From NCBI GenBank assembly GCA_028277945.1, contig JANQFH010000024.1, forward strand, positions 102,917 to 166,916: a stretch of 64,000 bases of DNA. Reading direction: 5' to 3'. The translations under genes were made by a program, and so were the position numbers. This document shows positions 26,622 through 35,827 of the stretch, in pieces. The notes beneath the pieces are model-generated. The model was not told the DNA's origin. It worked only from the letters and a program-made list of their open reading frames with translations, and did not search any database. This DNA is from Oligoflexia bacterium. GTDB lineage: Bacteria; Bdellovibrionota_G; JANQFH01. How positions within the stretch are numbered: position 1 is the stretch's first letter; the number at the start of each line of letters is the position of its first letter.

Positions 26622-27917
26622 TCAGAGGCGAAAGACTTTGGGACTGTTGATGCCACGGGTGGCATCGCGGGTGTCGATGATCAGCTTGGCTTTGTCGACG
26701 AGGTTGTTGTAGTCAATACCATCGTGTTTGGTAGTGATCACCACACAGTCGCAGCTCTCAATCAGATTGTCGGTTAGCTGACAACTGCTTAACTTCTCAC
26801 TGCCAACTTCCAACGCGGAAACATAAGGATCGTGATAGCTCACCTGGGCGCCGCGCTGTTTTAAGAGTTCGATGATGTCGAGAGCAGGTGATTCCCGCGT
26901 GTCGTCGATATTCTCTTTATAGGAGACACCGAGCAGCAGGATCTTAGCGTTTTTGATGCTCTTTTCTAAACTGTTTAGTCCGGTGGTGATGCGCTCAACA
27001 ATGTGGTGGGGCATGTTGAAGTTGATCTTGCCGGCGAGCTCAATGAACTGCGGAATGTAGTCGAGGGTTTTGAGTTTCCACGATAAATAGTAGGGATCCA
27101 CGGGAATGCAATGGCCACCAAGCCCGGGGCCGGGGTAGAAAGGTAAAAACCCAAAGGGTTTGGTGGCAGCAGCATCAATGGTCTCCCAGGTGTCGACCCC
27201 GAGCAGGTTGCACATGATCGAGAGCTCGTTCACCAAGCCAATGTTGACCATCCGAAAAGTATTCTCTAAGAGCTTGACCATCTCCGCCACACGCGTTGAG
27301 CTTACGGGTACGGGTTTATCGATAAAGCTCTTAAAGAAAGCCGTAGCCACACGGGTACAGTTTGGCGTGATGCCACCCACAACCTTGGGGGTGTTTTTGA
27401 TATTGAACTTCTTGTTGCCCGGATCCACTCGTTCTGGGCTGAAGGCGAGGAAGTAGTCTTTACCCACCTGCAGCCCACTCTCAGCAAGCAGGGGTAATAC
27501 AATCTCATCCGTAGTACCCGGATAGGTGGTGCTCTCAAGAATGACCAGCTGTCCACGCTTGAGGCGACTCTTTAGCTGTTGGCAGGCGGCAATGATAAAG
27601 CTGATATCGGGATCTTTGGTCTTTGCTAGCGGCGTCGGCACACAGATGTTGATGACATCAGCCTCGCGGACAGCGTCGTAACTGCTGGTTGGCGTTATCC
27701 GCGACTGCACAGCGCGATAACTAGCGCTAGGAACATCGAGGATGTAGGAGTGGCCACCTTTTAACTGCTCGATCCGCTGCTTATCGATGTCCACGCCAAT
27801 GACGTCGATACCCGCCTCAGCCAGGTGTACCGCCAACGGCAGGCCAACGTAGCCCAGACCAATGACCGCTACCTTGTGCTCCTTGGCAGCGATCTTCTTT
27901 AGAAGCTCACTTTCCAT
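26622..27917 (-). CDS. Nucleotide-sugar dehydrogenase (UDP-glucose/GDP-mannose dehydrogenase family; UDP-N-acetyl-hexosamine dehydrogenase-like)
   Basis: N-terminal Rossmann motif KVAVIGLGYVGLPLA, catalytic Cys region GLGGHCIP, and UDP-binding domain LLGVSYKENIDDTRESP. Start is ATG 27917 (MESELLKK); the tracked ORF extends to 27941. Confidence 0.85.
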   Translation of the reverse strand: MESELLKKIAAKEHKVAVIGLGYVGLPLAVHLAEAGIDVIGVDIDKQRIEQLKGGHSYILDVPSASYRAVQSRITPTSSYDAVREADVINICVPTPLAKTKDPDISFIIAACQQLKSRLKRGQLVILESTTYPGTTDEIVLPLLAESGLQVGKDYFLAFSPERVDPGNKKFNIKNTPKVVGGITPNCTRVATAFFKSFIDKPVPVSSTRVAEMVKLLENTFRMVNIGLVNELSIMCNLLGVDTWETIDAAATKPFGFLPFYPGPGLGGHCIPVDPYYLSWKLKTLDYIPQFIELAGKINFNMPHHIVERITTGLNSLEKSIKNAKILLLGVSYKENIDDTRESPALDIIELLKQRGAQVSYHDPYVSALEVGSEKLSSCQLTDNLIESCDCVVITTKHDGIDYNNLVDKAKLIIDTRDATRGINSPKVFRL

Positions 27918-27948
27918 TTGCTGGCGTAAGCCAAGCGGCACAAAGCCA

Positions 27949-28548
27949 TTAACGGTGTTTGCCCTGGGCGTATTCCTTAAGGCCGTTTGGATCTGGTTTC
28001 ATGGTCTCACTTCCAGGTGTCCAATCTGCAGGACAGACCTCACCGCTCTGCTTTGCATGTTGGAACGCCTGAATAAGGCGGATGGTCTCATCCACACCGC
28101 GGCCGACCGCAAGGTTGTTGATGGTTGCGTGTTGCACCATGCCCTCGTCATCAATAAGAAAGAGACCGCGCAGTGCTACACCAGCATCCTCGATCAACAC
28201 GCCGTAGCTACGTGCCACTGTTTTGTTGAGATCAGCCAGCAGCGGAAAGTTGATATCACCTACACCCCCTTGGCTGCGATCGGTCTCCGTCCACGCCAGG
28301 TGGGTAAACTTGCTGTCCACAGAGATACCATAGAGGTTGGTATTCAGTTCTTTGAAGCGGTTGTCAGCGTCGCTAAAGGCGACAATCTCAGTCGGGCAGA
28401 CAAAGGTAAAATCCAGTGGGTAGAAGAGCAACAGCGTCCACTTGCCATCGCTATGCGGTAGCTTGTAGGTGTTGAAGTTTTTGTGGAGCACACCTTCCAA
28501 TTCAAAGCTCGGCGCCTTACCCCCGATTGCTAGGGTCGATTCACTCAT
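27949..28548 (-). CDS. Typical 2-Cys peroxiredoxin (AhpC/Tsa family)
   Basis: Peroxidatic Cys motif FYPLDFTFVCPTEI and resolving Cys motif GEVCPADW. Confidence 0.9.
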   Translation of the reverse strand: MSESTLAIGGKAPSFELEGVLHKNFNTYKLPHSDGKWTLLLFYPLDFTFVCPTEIVAFSDADNRFKELNTNLYGISVDSKFTHLAWTETDRSQGGVGDINFPLLADLNKTVARSYGVLIEDAGVALRGLFLIDDEGMVQHATINNLAVGRGVDETIRLIQAFQHAKQSGEVCPADWTPGSETMKPDPNGLKEYAQGKHR

Positions 28549-28696
28549 GCGTCTCTCTCCTTTTAATTTCTACTAGTTAGTTGCGAATGCGGCAGGTTCT
28601 AGCACGCTGGCGCTATGGTGTCAATGCGCCCATACCCGTTGGCCTGAGAGCAGGGCTTTACACCCTCTACTAATGGTAATAAGGAGTGTGGTCGTT

Positions 28697-29662
28697 ATGG
28701 CTGCGCAGCAGAAACAGGACAAACTGGCCTTTCTCTTTCCAGGTCAGGGTTCGCAGTATGTAGCGATGGGCCGCTATCTCTATGACCATGACCCTGAGAG
28801 CCACAAGCTCTTTAGCCTTGCCGACAAAGTCTTAGACTTCCCGCTATCGCAGACAATCCTTGAGGGGCCTGAAGCGCGCTTGCAAGAGACGGAAGTTACC
28901 CAGCCGGCCATCCTCACGGTCAGCGTGGCCACGGCACGTTATCTACTTGCAGCTGGCATAGAGCCCGATCTTGTTGCCGGTCACAGTCTTGGCGAGTACA
29001 GTGCGTTGGTGTTAGCCGAGAGCCTAGACTTTGCTGATGCCCTGCGCACCGTGAGTTTGCGGGGTCGCTACATGCAGGAGGCCGTACCCCCAGGACAGGG
29101 TACGATGGCGGCGATTCTCGGCCTCAAGGATGCTGAAGTCGAGGCTCTCTGTCAGCGCGTCTGTGATCAGGGTAACAGGGTCGAGCCCGCGGGTTACAAC
29201 TGCCCCGGACAGGTCGTGGTTGCTGGAGAGGTCGCTGCGATCGAAGAGCTGGTTTCCCTGGCAAAGGCAGCTGGAGCCAGGGCACGTCAGCTCAAAGTCA
29301 GTGCGCCCTTCCACTGCTCGTTGCTTGCACCGGCAGCAGAGAAGCTTGCCAAACAGCTCGCGCGCATCGCCATCAGCAAGCCAAAGATCCCCTACTTTGC
29401 CAATGTCGATGCCAAGCTGGTGACCGATCCTACTGAGATCGTTAGCAAACTAACAGAACAGGTGTGCAACCCGATACGCTGGTCGCAAACCCTGATGAAC
29501 ATGTTTCTTGCTGGGGTGCAGCGATTTGTCGAAGTCGGGCCTGGCAAGGTGCTGATTGGCCATCTTAAAAAGGTTGAACGTCGACGTGGAGAGCGCGCTG
29601 CAGTTTTTGCGGTTACCGACAGAGAGGCGGATCTGAAGAACGTTTTAGCGACCTTCGCTTGA
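28697..29662 (+). CDS. fabD: Malonyl CoA-ACP transacylase
   Basis: The ATG at 28697 follows AAGGAG. Motifs FLFPGQGSQY, active-site GHSLGEYSAL, and SAPFHCSLL. Confidence 0.9.
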   Translation: MAAQQKQDKLAFLFPGQGSQYVAMGRYLYDHDPESHKLFSLADKVLDFPLSQTILEGPEARLQETEVTQPAILTVSVATARYLLAAGIEPDLVAGHSLGEYSALVLAESLDFADALRTVSLRGRYMQEAVPPGQGTMAAILGLKDAEVEALCQRVCDQGNRVEPAGYNCPGQVVVAGEVAAIEELVSLAKAAGARARQLKVSAPFHCSLLAPAAEKLAKQLARIAISKPKIPYFANVDAKLVTDPTEIVSKLTEQVCNPIRWSQTLMNMFLAGVQRFVEVGPGKVLIGHLKKVERRRGERAAVFAVTDREADLKNVLATFA

Positions 29663-29738
29663 CAAGGGTAGGCAGTTTCCTTAAAAGGAGCCTGTTATCG
29701 AAAATGGCAACAGGCACTCTAACCTGAGGAGTAGAACC

Positions 29739-30287
29739 ATGAAGATCAAACGAGATTTTTTTATGACAACCGCGGTCCTGTCACTGGTGTTGCTGCTGGC
29801 AGCATGTGGCAGCAAGCAAGTCGACGATGTTGCCGCGGCTTCCGATCAGCCTGGCGATGATGAGGGTATTGCAGCTGGCTTTGACAGTGAGACCTCCGGC
29901 ATCGAGGAGGGTGCGGCTGGTGCAGAGGCGGGCAGTATCGATGCCGCCAAAAGCGCGCTCACGCCCATCTACTTTGAGTTTGATCAAGCAACGTTAACCA
30001 GCGATGCTCGCCAGACACTGCGAACACATTACGAGTTTTTACGCAACTACCCACAAGCGGCGATCGTTGTTGAAGGCCACTGTGATGATCGTGGCACCGA
30101 TGAGTACAACCTTGCTTTAGGTGAGCGTCGTGCTAAATCGGTGAAAGACTACCTTTCTAGCCTGGGTGTCGAGGCAGGTCGCTTGTCGATTATCAGCTAT
30201 GGCGAAGAGCGCCCAGTCGTCTTTGGTAGCGGTGAGAGTTCCTGGGCCAAGAACCGCCGTGCCGAATTCGTGATGAACCTAAAGTAA
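29739..30287 (+). CDS. pal: Peptidoglycan-associated lipoprotein (OmpA-family C-terminal domain)
   Basis: Lipobox LLAAC and OmpA-like domain IYFEFDQATL...VEGHCDDRGTDEYNLALGERRA...NRRAEF. Confidence 0.85.
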   Translation: MKIKRDFFMTTAVLSLVLLLAACGSKQVDDVAAASDQPGDDEGIAAGFDSETSGIEEGAAGAEAGSIDAAKSALTPIYFEFDQATLTSDARQTLRTHYEFLRNYPQAAIVVEGHCDDRGTDEYNLALGERRAKSVKDYLSSLGVEAGRLSIISYGEERPVVFGSGESSWAKNRRAEFVMNLK

Positions 30288-31100
30288 TTGCAGTCCGTTA
30301 GCACAATGAGTGGTTTCTGTTTGCGGCACAACCGCGATAAGCAGTTGTGCCCTTTTTTCATCTTAGCGTTTGTACTGTCGATGACGTTCGTGGCATGCCA
30401 GTATCGTGAAGATCAGCTTAAGGACAAAATGGACAGGCAGTCTGGGGAAGTGGCCGCTTTGCAGCAGCGGGTTGACAGTTTTTCTCGAGAGTTTGCCGCT
30501 AAGGAAGAGGCCATCGACGATTTGCTCGAGAGTGTTAAACAGGAACGTGCCGACACGCAGGTGACGATTCAGGATATGCGTACTGAAATACAAGGGTTGC
30601 GCGGTGATATCGAAGAGCTCGGACACAAGCTAGAAGTTCTTAAGCTTGATGTGCAAAAGATACGAGCAGACTTTCAAAACAACAGCCTCAGTCGTCTTGA
30701 GCAGGGTCGCAGTGGTGCTGACGATGTCGAGTTCTACAACCGAACCTTGAAGATCATACTGGAGGAGAAGGACTACACTCTTGGCATTACCAAGTTTCAG
30801 GAGTTTATCCGTAAGTACCCACAGAGCACGCTCGCAGACAATGCCGCCTATTGGATCGGCGAAGGTTACTACGCGCAAGGCAAGTTCGGCGAAGCGATCC
30901 TTGAGTTCCAACGGATCATGGACGACTATCCTAACAGTGATAAGGTCTGTGCTGCCCTACTCAAGCAAGCGCTTTGTTTTGAGAACCTCGGTCAGAGAGA
31001 CAAGGCAAAGGTCTTTTTTGAAGAGACCGGTGCCCGTTGCCAAGGTAAGCCTGAAGGCAGACAAGCGGCACAGCGTCTTGCCGAACTAAAGAAAAAGTAA
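30288..31100 (+). CDS. cpoB: Tol-Pal system protein YbgF/CpoB-like (coiled coil plus TPR)
   Basis: It lies immediately downstream of pal. It has a lipobox-like FVAC, a coiled-coil N-terminal half, and a C-terminal FIRKYPQSTLADNAAYWIGEGYYAQGKFGEAILEFQRIMDDYPNSDK typical of YbgF. Confidence 0.7.
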   Translation: MQSVSTMSGFCLRHNRDKQLCPFFILAFVLSMTFVACQYREDQLKDKMDRQSGEVAALQQRVDSFSREFAAKEEAIDDLLESVKQERADTQVTIQDMRTEIQGLRGDIEELGHKLEVLKLDVQKIRADFQNNSLSRLEQGRSGADDVEFYNRTLKIILEEKDYTLGITKFQEFIRKYPQSTLADNAAYWIGEGYYAQGKFGEAILEFQRIMDDYPNSDKVCAALLKQALCFENLGQRDKAKVFFEETGARCQGKPEGRQAAQRLAELKKK

Positions 31101-31106
31101 GCTTCT

Positions 31107-32150
31107 GTGGCTTTACTCGGCATAGAAACCTCTTGTGACGAAACCGCAGCAGCGGTGATTTCAGATCAGGGCGAGATTCTCTCATCTATTGTCCGGTCCC
31201 AACAGCAGCTGCACGCACCCTTTCTCGGGGTGGTACCCGAAGTGGCGTCAAGGTCTCACTGTACGACCATGCTGCCGATAATCGATGCAGCTCTCAAGAG
31301 CGCTGGCATCGACTATCCGCAGCTGTCTGCCGTTGCCGTCACCACCGGCCCCGGCCTCCGTGGCAGCCTCTTGGTAGGCCTGGTCACAGCCAAGGCTTTG
31401 GCCTACGGTTTGCAATTACCGCTTATCGGCGTTGACCATCTAGAAGCCCACATCGCCGCAGCCTTTTTGGGTGAGGCCGAGCCACGTTTTCCCCTGCTCG
31501 CCCTGGTAATCTCTGGCGGCCATACCATGCTCTGTTTCCTCACTCGCTTCGGCGAGATGGAGATCGTTGGCAATACCTTAGACGACGCCGTAGGTGAAGC
31601 CTACGACAAGGTCGCCACTTTTCTCGATCTCGGCTATCCAGGTGGACCGATCATCGATCGCTTGGCAGAGGAGTACGCTGGAGACTTGATAGAGCTGCCG
31701 ATTCCTATGCAGCGCTCTGGAGATCTAAATTTTAGCTTTAGCGGCTTAAAGACCGCGGTAGTGCAATTTTGTAGAGCTTATCCAAAAGAGGTCGGTGAAC
31801 ACAAAGACAAGATTGCTGCCTCTTTCCAACGTGCTGCTGTAACCTCCCTCATGCAAAAGCTACTAAGAGCCGGTGAGCTCTACCCGCAGGTGCAACAGAT
31901 TATCGTTTGTGGTGGAGTCTCCTGCAACCGCGCTCTTCGTCGTGCCCTTAGGGAGCAACCAGTTTTTCGCCAGCGACCGCTCCTCCTGCCAGAGCCACAG
32001 TACTGTACCGATAATGCGGCGATGATTGCCAAGCTGGGGCACTACTACTTTAAACGCGAGAATTTCACTCCCCTTGACGTTTCTCCTTATACCTCCGCAA
32101 GTCATTCCCCCGTGTGTCATCGTCGAACGGACATCTCTCCTATGGCATAG
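31107..32150 (+). CDS. tsaD: tRNA N6-adenosine threonylcarbamoyltransferase
   Basis: LLGIETSCDETAAAV, the HLEAHI metal site, and the GGVSCN motif. Confidence 0.92.
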   Translation: MALLGIETSCDETAAAVISDQGEILSSIVRSQQQLHAPFLGVVPEVASRSHCTTMLPIIDAALKSAGIDYPQLSAVAVTTGPGLRGSLLVGLVTAKALAYGLQLPLIGVDHLEAHIAAAFLGEAEPRFPLLALVISGGHTMLCFLTRFGEMEIVGNTLDDAVGEAYDKVATFLDLGYPGGPIIDRLAEEYAGDLIELPIPMQRSGDLNFSFSGLKTAVVQFCRAYPKEVGEHKDKIAASFQRAAVTSLMQKLLRAGELYPQVQQIIVCGGVSCNRALRRALREQPVFRQRPLLLPEPQYCTDNAAMIAKLGHYYFKRENFTPLDVSPYTSASHSPVCHRRTDISPMA

Positions 32151-32153
32151 GGG

Positions 32154-32990
32154 TTGATGCAACTCTTTGGCCACAGACCAAAACGGCGCGCCGGCCAAAA
32201 TTTTCTCGTGCACGCGAGCACGGCCGAGCGGTTTGTCGATACGGCAACCCATCCAGCTCTTGCGAATGTGACAACAGTCGTTGAGATTGGCCCCGGTCTT
32301 GGCGCCATCACGCAAATTCTCTGCCGTCGCTTTCCCCAAGTCATAGCCATTGAAGCGGACCGACGACTTGTCAAGATTTGGCAAGAGAAGCTATCCCAAC
32401 CGAAAAACTTACAGTTAATACAAGCAGACGCCACCAACTTTGACTACGCTCGCTTGGCAAAAAGGCTTGGCCATCGCCTCTGCATCTTTGGTAATCTGCC
32501 CTTCAATGTCTCTACGGTCATCCTCGAACGTCTCTTTAGCCAGTGGCAGCACATCAGTTACGCTCATCTCACCTTTCAGCAGGAGGTGGCTGCCCGGTTG
32601 GTGGCAAAACCGGGCAGCAGAGACTACGGTTCGCTCACACTCTTTGCTTACCTATACTGCGATGTGGAAAAGCAGCTGAACATCGATAAAAATCAATTCT
32701 TTCCTCTGCCCAAGGTGGACACAACCGTTGTTGGGCTGAGCTTTCTCGATCATCCACGTGTTGAGGCGGCGCATCTAAAAGACTTTGAAAAGTTCGTCCG
32801 CCAGCTCTTTATGTACCGGCGTAAGACTCTGCTCAACGGCCTGAAGCAGATACGCCGTTTTTCATCTTCTCTTGCGCAGGCTCAAGAGTATTTACAACAG
32901 CAAAAACTTAAGGCAGACATTCGAGTGGAGAGGTTGACCCCTGCCGAGATTTACGAACTCTACTGTTACTGTTGTCGTAAGGAGGCATAG
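32154..32990 (+). CDS. rsmA: 16S rRNA (adenine1518/1519-N6)-dimethyltransferase
   Basis: GQNFL motif, SAM site VVEIGPGLGAIT, and GNLPFNVST. Confidence 0.9.
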   Translation: MMQLFGHRPKRRAGQNFLVHASTAERFVDTATHPALANVTTVVEIGPGLGAITQILCRRFPQVIAIEADRRLVKIWQEKLSQPKNLQLIQADATNFDYARLAKRLGHRLCIFGNLPFNVSTVILERLFSQWQHISYAHLTFQQEVAARLVAKPGSRDYGSLTLFAYLYCDVEKQLNIDKNQFFPLPKVDTTVVGLSFLDHPRVEAAHLKDFEKFVRQLFMYRRKTLLNGLKQIRRFSSSLAQAQEYLQQQKLKADIRVERLTPAEIYELYCYCCRKEA

Positions 32991-32993
32991 GCT

Positions 32994-33842
32994 ATGGGTT
33001 GGAAGATAGACTGTATTAGTATGGGGAGCTTTGGGCTAGATGGCGGTGCTATGTTTGGCATCATTCCCAAGCCTCTGTGGCAGCGCACCAACCCTGACGA
33101 TGATAAGAACCGTATCACCCTGCAGAGCAACTGTATGTTGCTACGTCAGGGAGAGCGCTGTGTGATCGTAGAGGTAGGCAACAGTTTTGACTTTAGCGAT
33201 AAGGATCGATCTATCTATGCTATTGGTGGTGTGACTCCGCAACCGACTTGGCAGCAGGCTCTCAAACCTTTTGATTTAACGCCTGAACAGATCACCGACG
33301 TCATCTGTACGCATCTACATTTTGATCATGCCGGTGGCCTGTCTTTTCTGAATTCAGATGGCAAGCGGCAGCTCAGCTTTCCTAATGCTACTCATTATAT
33401 CCAGAAGCGTCAGCTGGAGTGGGCCAAAGCACCCTCAGAAAAGGATGCCGGCAGCTTTCGTAGTGAGGGTATCTATCCCTTTATAGAAGATCACGCCAAG
33501 TGCGTTTTCTTAGAGGGGGATGGCGAGCTCTTCGAAGGTGTGCGGGTTACTACGGTGGATGGTCATACACCGGCACAGCAACTGGTGCATGTGCAGCAGC
33601 AGGAGCAGAACTGGGTCTTTGTGGCCGATCTTATTCCCACCACCTCGCATCTACATCTGCCCTACATCATGGCCTATGATGTTGAGCCGCTAAAGACCCT
33701 CAAAGAGAAACAGGACTTTCTAAAGCAAGCAGTGGATGAGGCGTGGACCCTCTGGTTCTATCACGACCCAAAGACCATTGCTGCCAAGGTCACCTTTGAT
33801 GGCAGGCGCTTCCAACTCGGCGAGGTGGTTTTGCCAGGCTGA
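32994..33842 (+). CDS. MBL-fold metallo-hydrolase
   Basis: It has the HLHFDHAGG (HxHxDH) motif plus downstream His/Asp ligands. Confidence 0.75.
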   Translation: MGWKIDCISMGSFGLDGGAMFGIIPKPLWQRTNPDDDKNRITLQSNCMLLRQGERCVIVEVGNSFDFSDKDRSIYAIGGVTPQPTWQQALKPFDLTPEQITDVICTHLHFDHAGGLSFLNSDGKRQLSFPNATHYIQKRQLEWAKAPSEKDAGSFRSEGIYPFIEDHAKCVFLEGDGELFEGVRVTTVDGHTPAQQLVHVQQQEQNWVFVADLIPTTSHLHLPYIMAYDVEPLKTLKEKQDFLKQAVDEAWTLWFYHDPKTIAAKVTFDGRRFQLGEVVLPG

Positions 33843-33878
33843 CAGTACCGTTGACCTACCTTCTCCTTTTGGTAACGT

Positions 33879-34454
33879 TTGCTCATGCAAGATGGGTTCT
33901 TAACCGACCGTCGAAAAGAGCTTGAAGAGAGCTTCTTTCATCGACTCGAGGTCAAGCAGCTTGAAAAAATGCAGCAGGAGCAGCAAAAGGCTGACAGACG
34001 CCAAGCCCTGAAAAACGCCTCTGGCATTGCTGACCCCGCCCTTCTCGACAAGCTGCTTGAATTAGAGATTTCGCCGCAGACCCTAGCAGCGCTCACGCTC
34101 ACGCCGTTGATAGAGGTGGCCTGGGCAGATGGTAAGATGGAGGATAAAGAGCGCACGGCGATTCTTGCCGCCGCAGAAGACCAGGGTGTGCAAAAGCAAA
34201 GCGCTGCCAGCGAGCTCCTGCAGGCGTGGCTCAACCACCGTCCTGGGCCAGAACTTATGCAAACCTGGCAAGACTACATTCAGCAGCTTGGAAAACAGAT
34301 GTCGGCAGAAGAGTTTACCGGTCTGAAACTTGCGGTACTCCACCGCGCCCGAGCCGTTGCTGAAGCCGCCGGCGGCTTCCTCGGCCTTGGCAACAAGGTC
34401 TCCAAAGAGGAAGAGCAGGTATTGCAAAAGCTGGAGAAGGCTTTTACAAACTAG
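33879..34454 (+). CDS. TerB-like (tellurite-resistance TerB / DjlA N-domain fold) protein
   Basis: EVAWADGKMEDKERTAILAAAE is a typical TerB-type helix pair. The start is probably ATG 33885. Confidence 0.45.
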   Translation: MLMQDGFLTDRRKELEESFFHRLEVKQLEKMQQEQQKADRRQALKNASGIADPALLDKLLELEISPQTLAALTLTPLIEVAWADGKMEDKERTAILAAAEDQGVQKQSAASELLQAWLNHRPGPELMQTWQDYIQQLGKQMSAEEFTGLKLAVLHRARAVAEAAGGFLGLGNKVSKEEEQVLQKLEKAFTN

Positions 34455-34906
34455 CTGGATTTGTCACTGTGCATTTGATTAATCTCTCGTTTTATAGCGG
34501 TAACAAATTGCTTGGCTGCTTCGAGATAGCCCTTTAATTCCTGCGTGCCCATTTCAAAAATTCCTAAATACTCAAATCGATTTCGCCGTTTTCTGAGGCG
34601 ATTAAACTTTAGAAGCAACTGCTTGTATTCCTTTCCCAGCATCCTTTCTACGGCAATCAGAACGCCCTGATGTTGGCGGACGGGTCCTGGGCGATAGCCA
34701 TGAAGCCTTAGCAGAGCATTAGCCGTATGAAAGAACGCCTTATATACAAAGTCCATCGCTCCAGCCTCGTCAAAGGAGATTAACTTACTTGCTGAATCAA
34801 GGTCCTTTTCGGCTCGGATCATCAGCAATTCAACCTGCTCTTTCCCTATTCCAGGCTCGTGTTTTAATTGGCCCTTTTCCAGCAAATCTTTAAAGTCCGT
34901 TTTCAT
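34451..34906 (-). CDS. HEPN-domain protein (toxin-like partner of the upstream nucleotidyltransferase)
   Basis: 151-aa helical protein lying 2 nt downstream of the MNT gene. HEPN-like LKFNRLRKRRNRFEY sits where the Rx4-6H motif is expected, with Tyr in the His position. Confidence 0.65.
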   Translation of the reverse strand: MKTDFKDLLEKGQLKHEPGIGKEQVELLMIRAEKDLDSASKLISFDEAGAMDFVYKAFFHTANALLRLHGYRPGPVRQHQGVLIAVERMLGKEYKQLLLKFNRLRKRRNRFEYLGIFEMGTQELKGYLEAAKQFVTAIKREINQMHSDKSS

Positions 34907-34908
34907 AG

Positions 34909-35502
34909 TTACGTTTTCAGTTCAATGCGCTTTTGCTTTAATACATTCATAACAAAGCTGTCTTTCTGTCTTTGCTTCCCCCCCCATTCTTCTTCGGTGT
35001 GATAGATGTAGGATATCTCTCGACTGAACTGCTTTTCTAAGGTCTGAAGTTTTTCTGTAAACTTCGAATCGTCAAATTTTTCATTATCTACAATAAGACA
35101 CAGGTCAATGTCCGAATAGGCTTTCTCCTCGCCCTTGGCAAAGGATCCATAAATAAAGCCGCGCTTGACAGCTGTAAACTCCTTTAAAAGATCTTGCAAG
35201 GCTCCCTTTATACCAATCGTCTTGAAAATAAGAGACTTTAGATCTTGGTATAAGGGATGGTCTTTATTAATGGAAAAAAATTTCTGCACTCCTCGCTTTT
35301 CCGATTTAAAGAGGTTGTCTTTTTCAAGCGCTTGCAGCTCTTTAGACAGGTTGCCGGCGCTGACTTCCAACCTACGCGCTATATCTCGCAAGTGCAGCCA
35401 AGCATCAGGATTCGTGAAAAAATAGGCAAGGAGCTTATTTCGTAGAGTCGCTTTATCTGTTCGTAGCAGTATCGGTGGCATTGTTATATAAATATATAAC
35501 AT
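34909..35502 (-). CDS. Minimal nucleotidyltransferase (MNT) with N-terminal winged-helix domain
   Basis: NTase motif YGSFAKGEEKAYSDIDL. An ArsR-like wHTH precedes it (LHLRDIARRLEVSAGNLSKELQALEKDNL). The real start may be ATG 35481 (MPPILL). Confidence 0.75.
   Translation of the reverse strand: MLYIYITMPPILLRTDKATLRNKLLAYFFTNPDAWLHLRDIARRLEVSAGNLSKELQALEKDNLFKSEKRGVQKFFSINKDHPLYQDLKSLIFKTIGIKGALQDLLKEFTAVKRGFIYGSFAKGEEKAYSDIDLCLIVDNEKFDDSKFTEKLQTLEKQFSREISYIYHTEEEWGGKQRQKDSFVMNVLKQKRIELKT
35482..35501. promoter_or_regulatory. 20-bp palindrome TGTTATATA-AA-TATATAACA at the MNT gene start (candidate operator)
   Basis: Perfect 9-nt arms at 35482-35490 and 35493-35501. A third half-site, ATGTTATAT, follows at 35503-35511. 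The MNT protein carries a wHTH. Confidence 0.45.
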
Positions 35503-35540
35503 ATGTTATATTTTTTTACAACATAAGTGTTCAACTTGCC

Positions 35541-35810
35541 TTTGTGACTGCGGCGGCGGCAAAAGCCTACCTCGTCCAAGCCGGCAAAATCGTTGCGGAC
35601 TTTGTGCCGCCCAAGACAGGCAAATTTGTCGATGCTGTTGGCGCGGGTGACGCCTTTAGCGCTGCGGTTATCCTTGGTCTCTATAATGATTGGCCAGAGA
35701 GTCAGCTGTTACAAAGAGCTTGCGGGTACGCCACCGCCACCTGTGAGATTCAAGGGGCCGTTAGTCATGATCGCAGTCACTATCAACGATGGTGCGATAG
35801 ATGGTGCTAA
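35541..35810 (+). pseudogene. 3' remnant of a PfkB-family sugar kinase gene
   Basis: Only the last ~90 codons are present: KAYLVQAGKIVADFVPPKTGKFVDAVGAGDAFSAAVILGL carries the PfkB DxxGAGD signature 2. There is no N-terminal two-thirds, and the upstream sequence is the AT-rich MNT promoter region. Confidence 0.6.
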
Positions 35811-35827
35811 AGCTTAGGGTGCCACAG

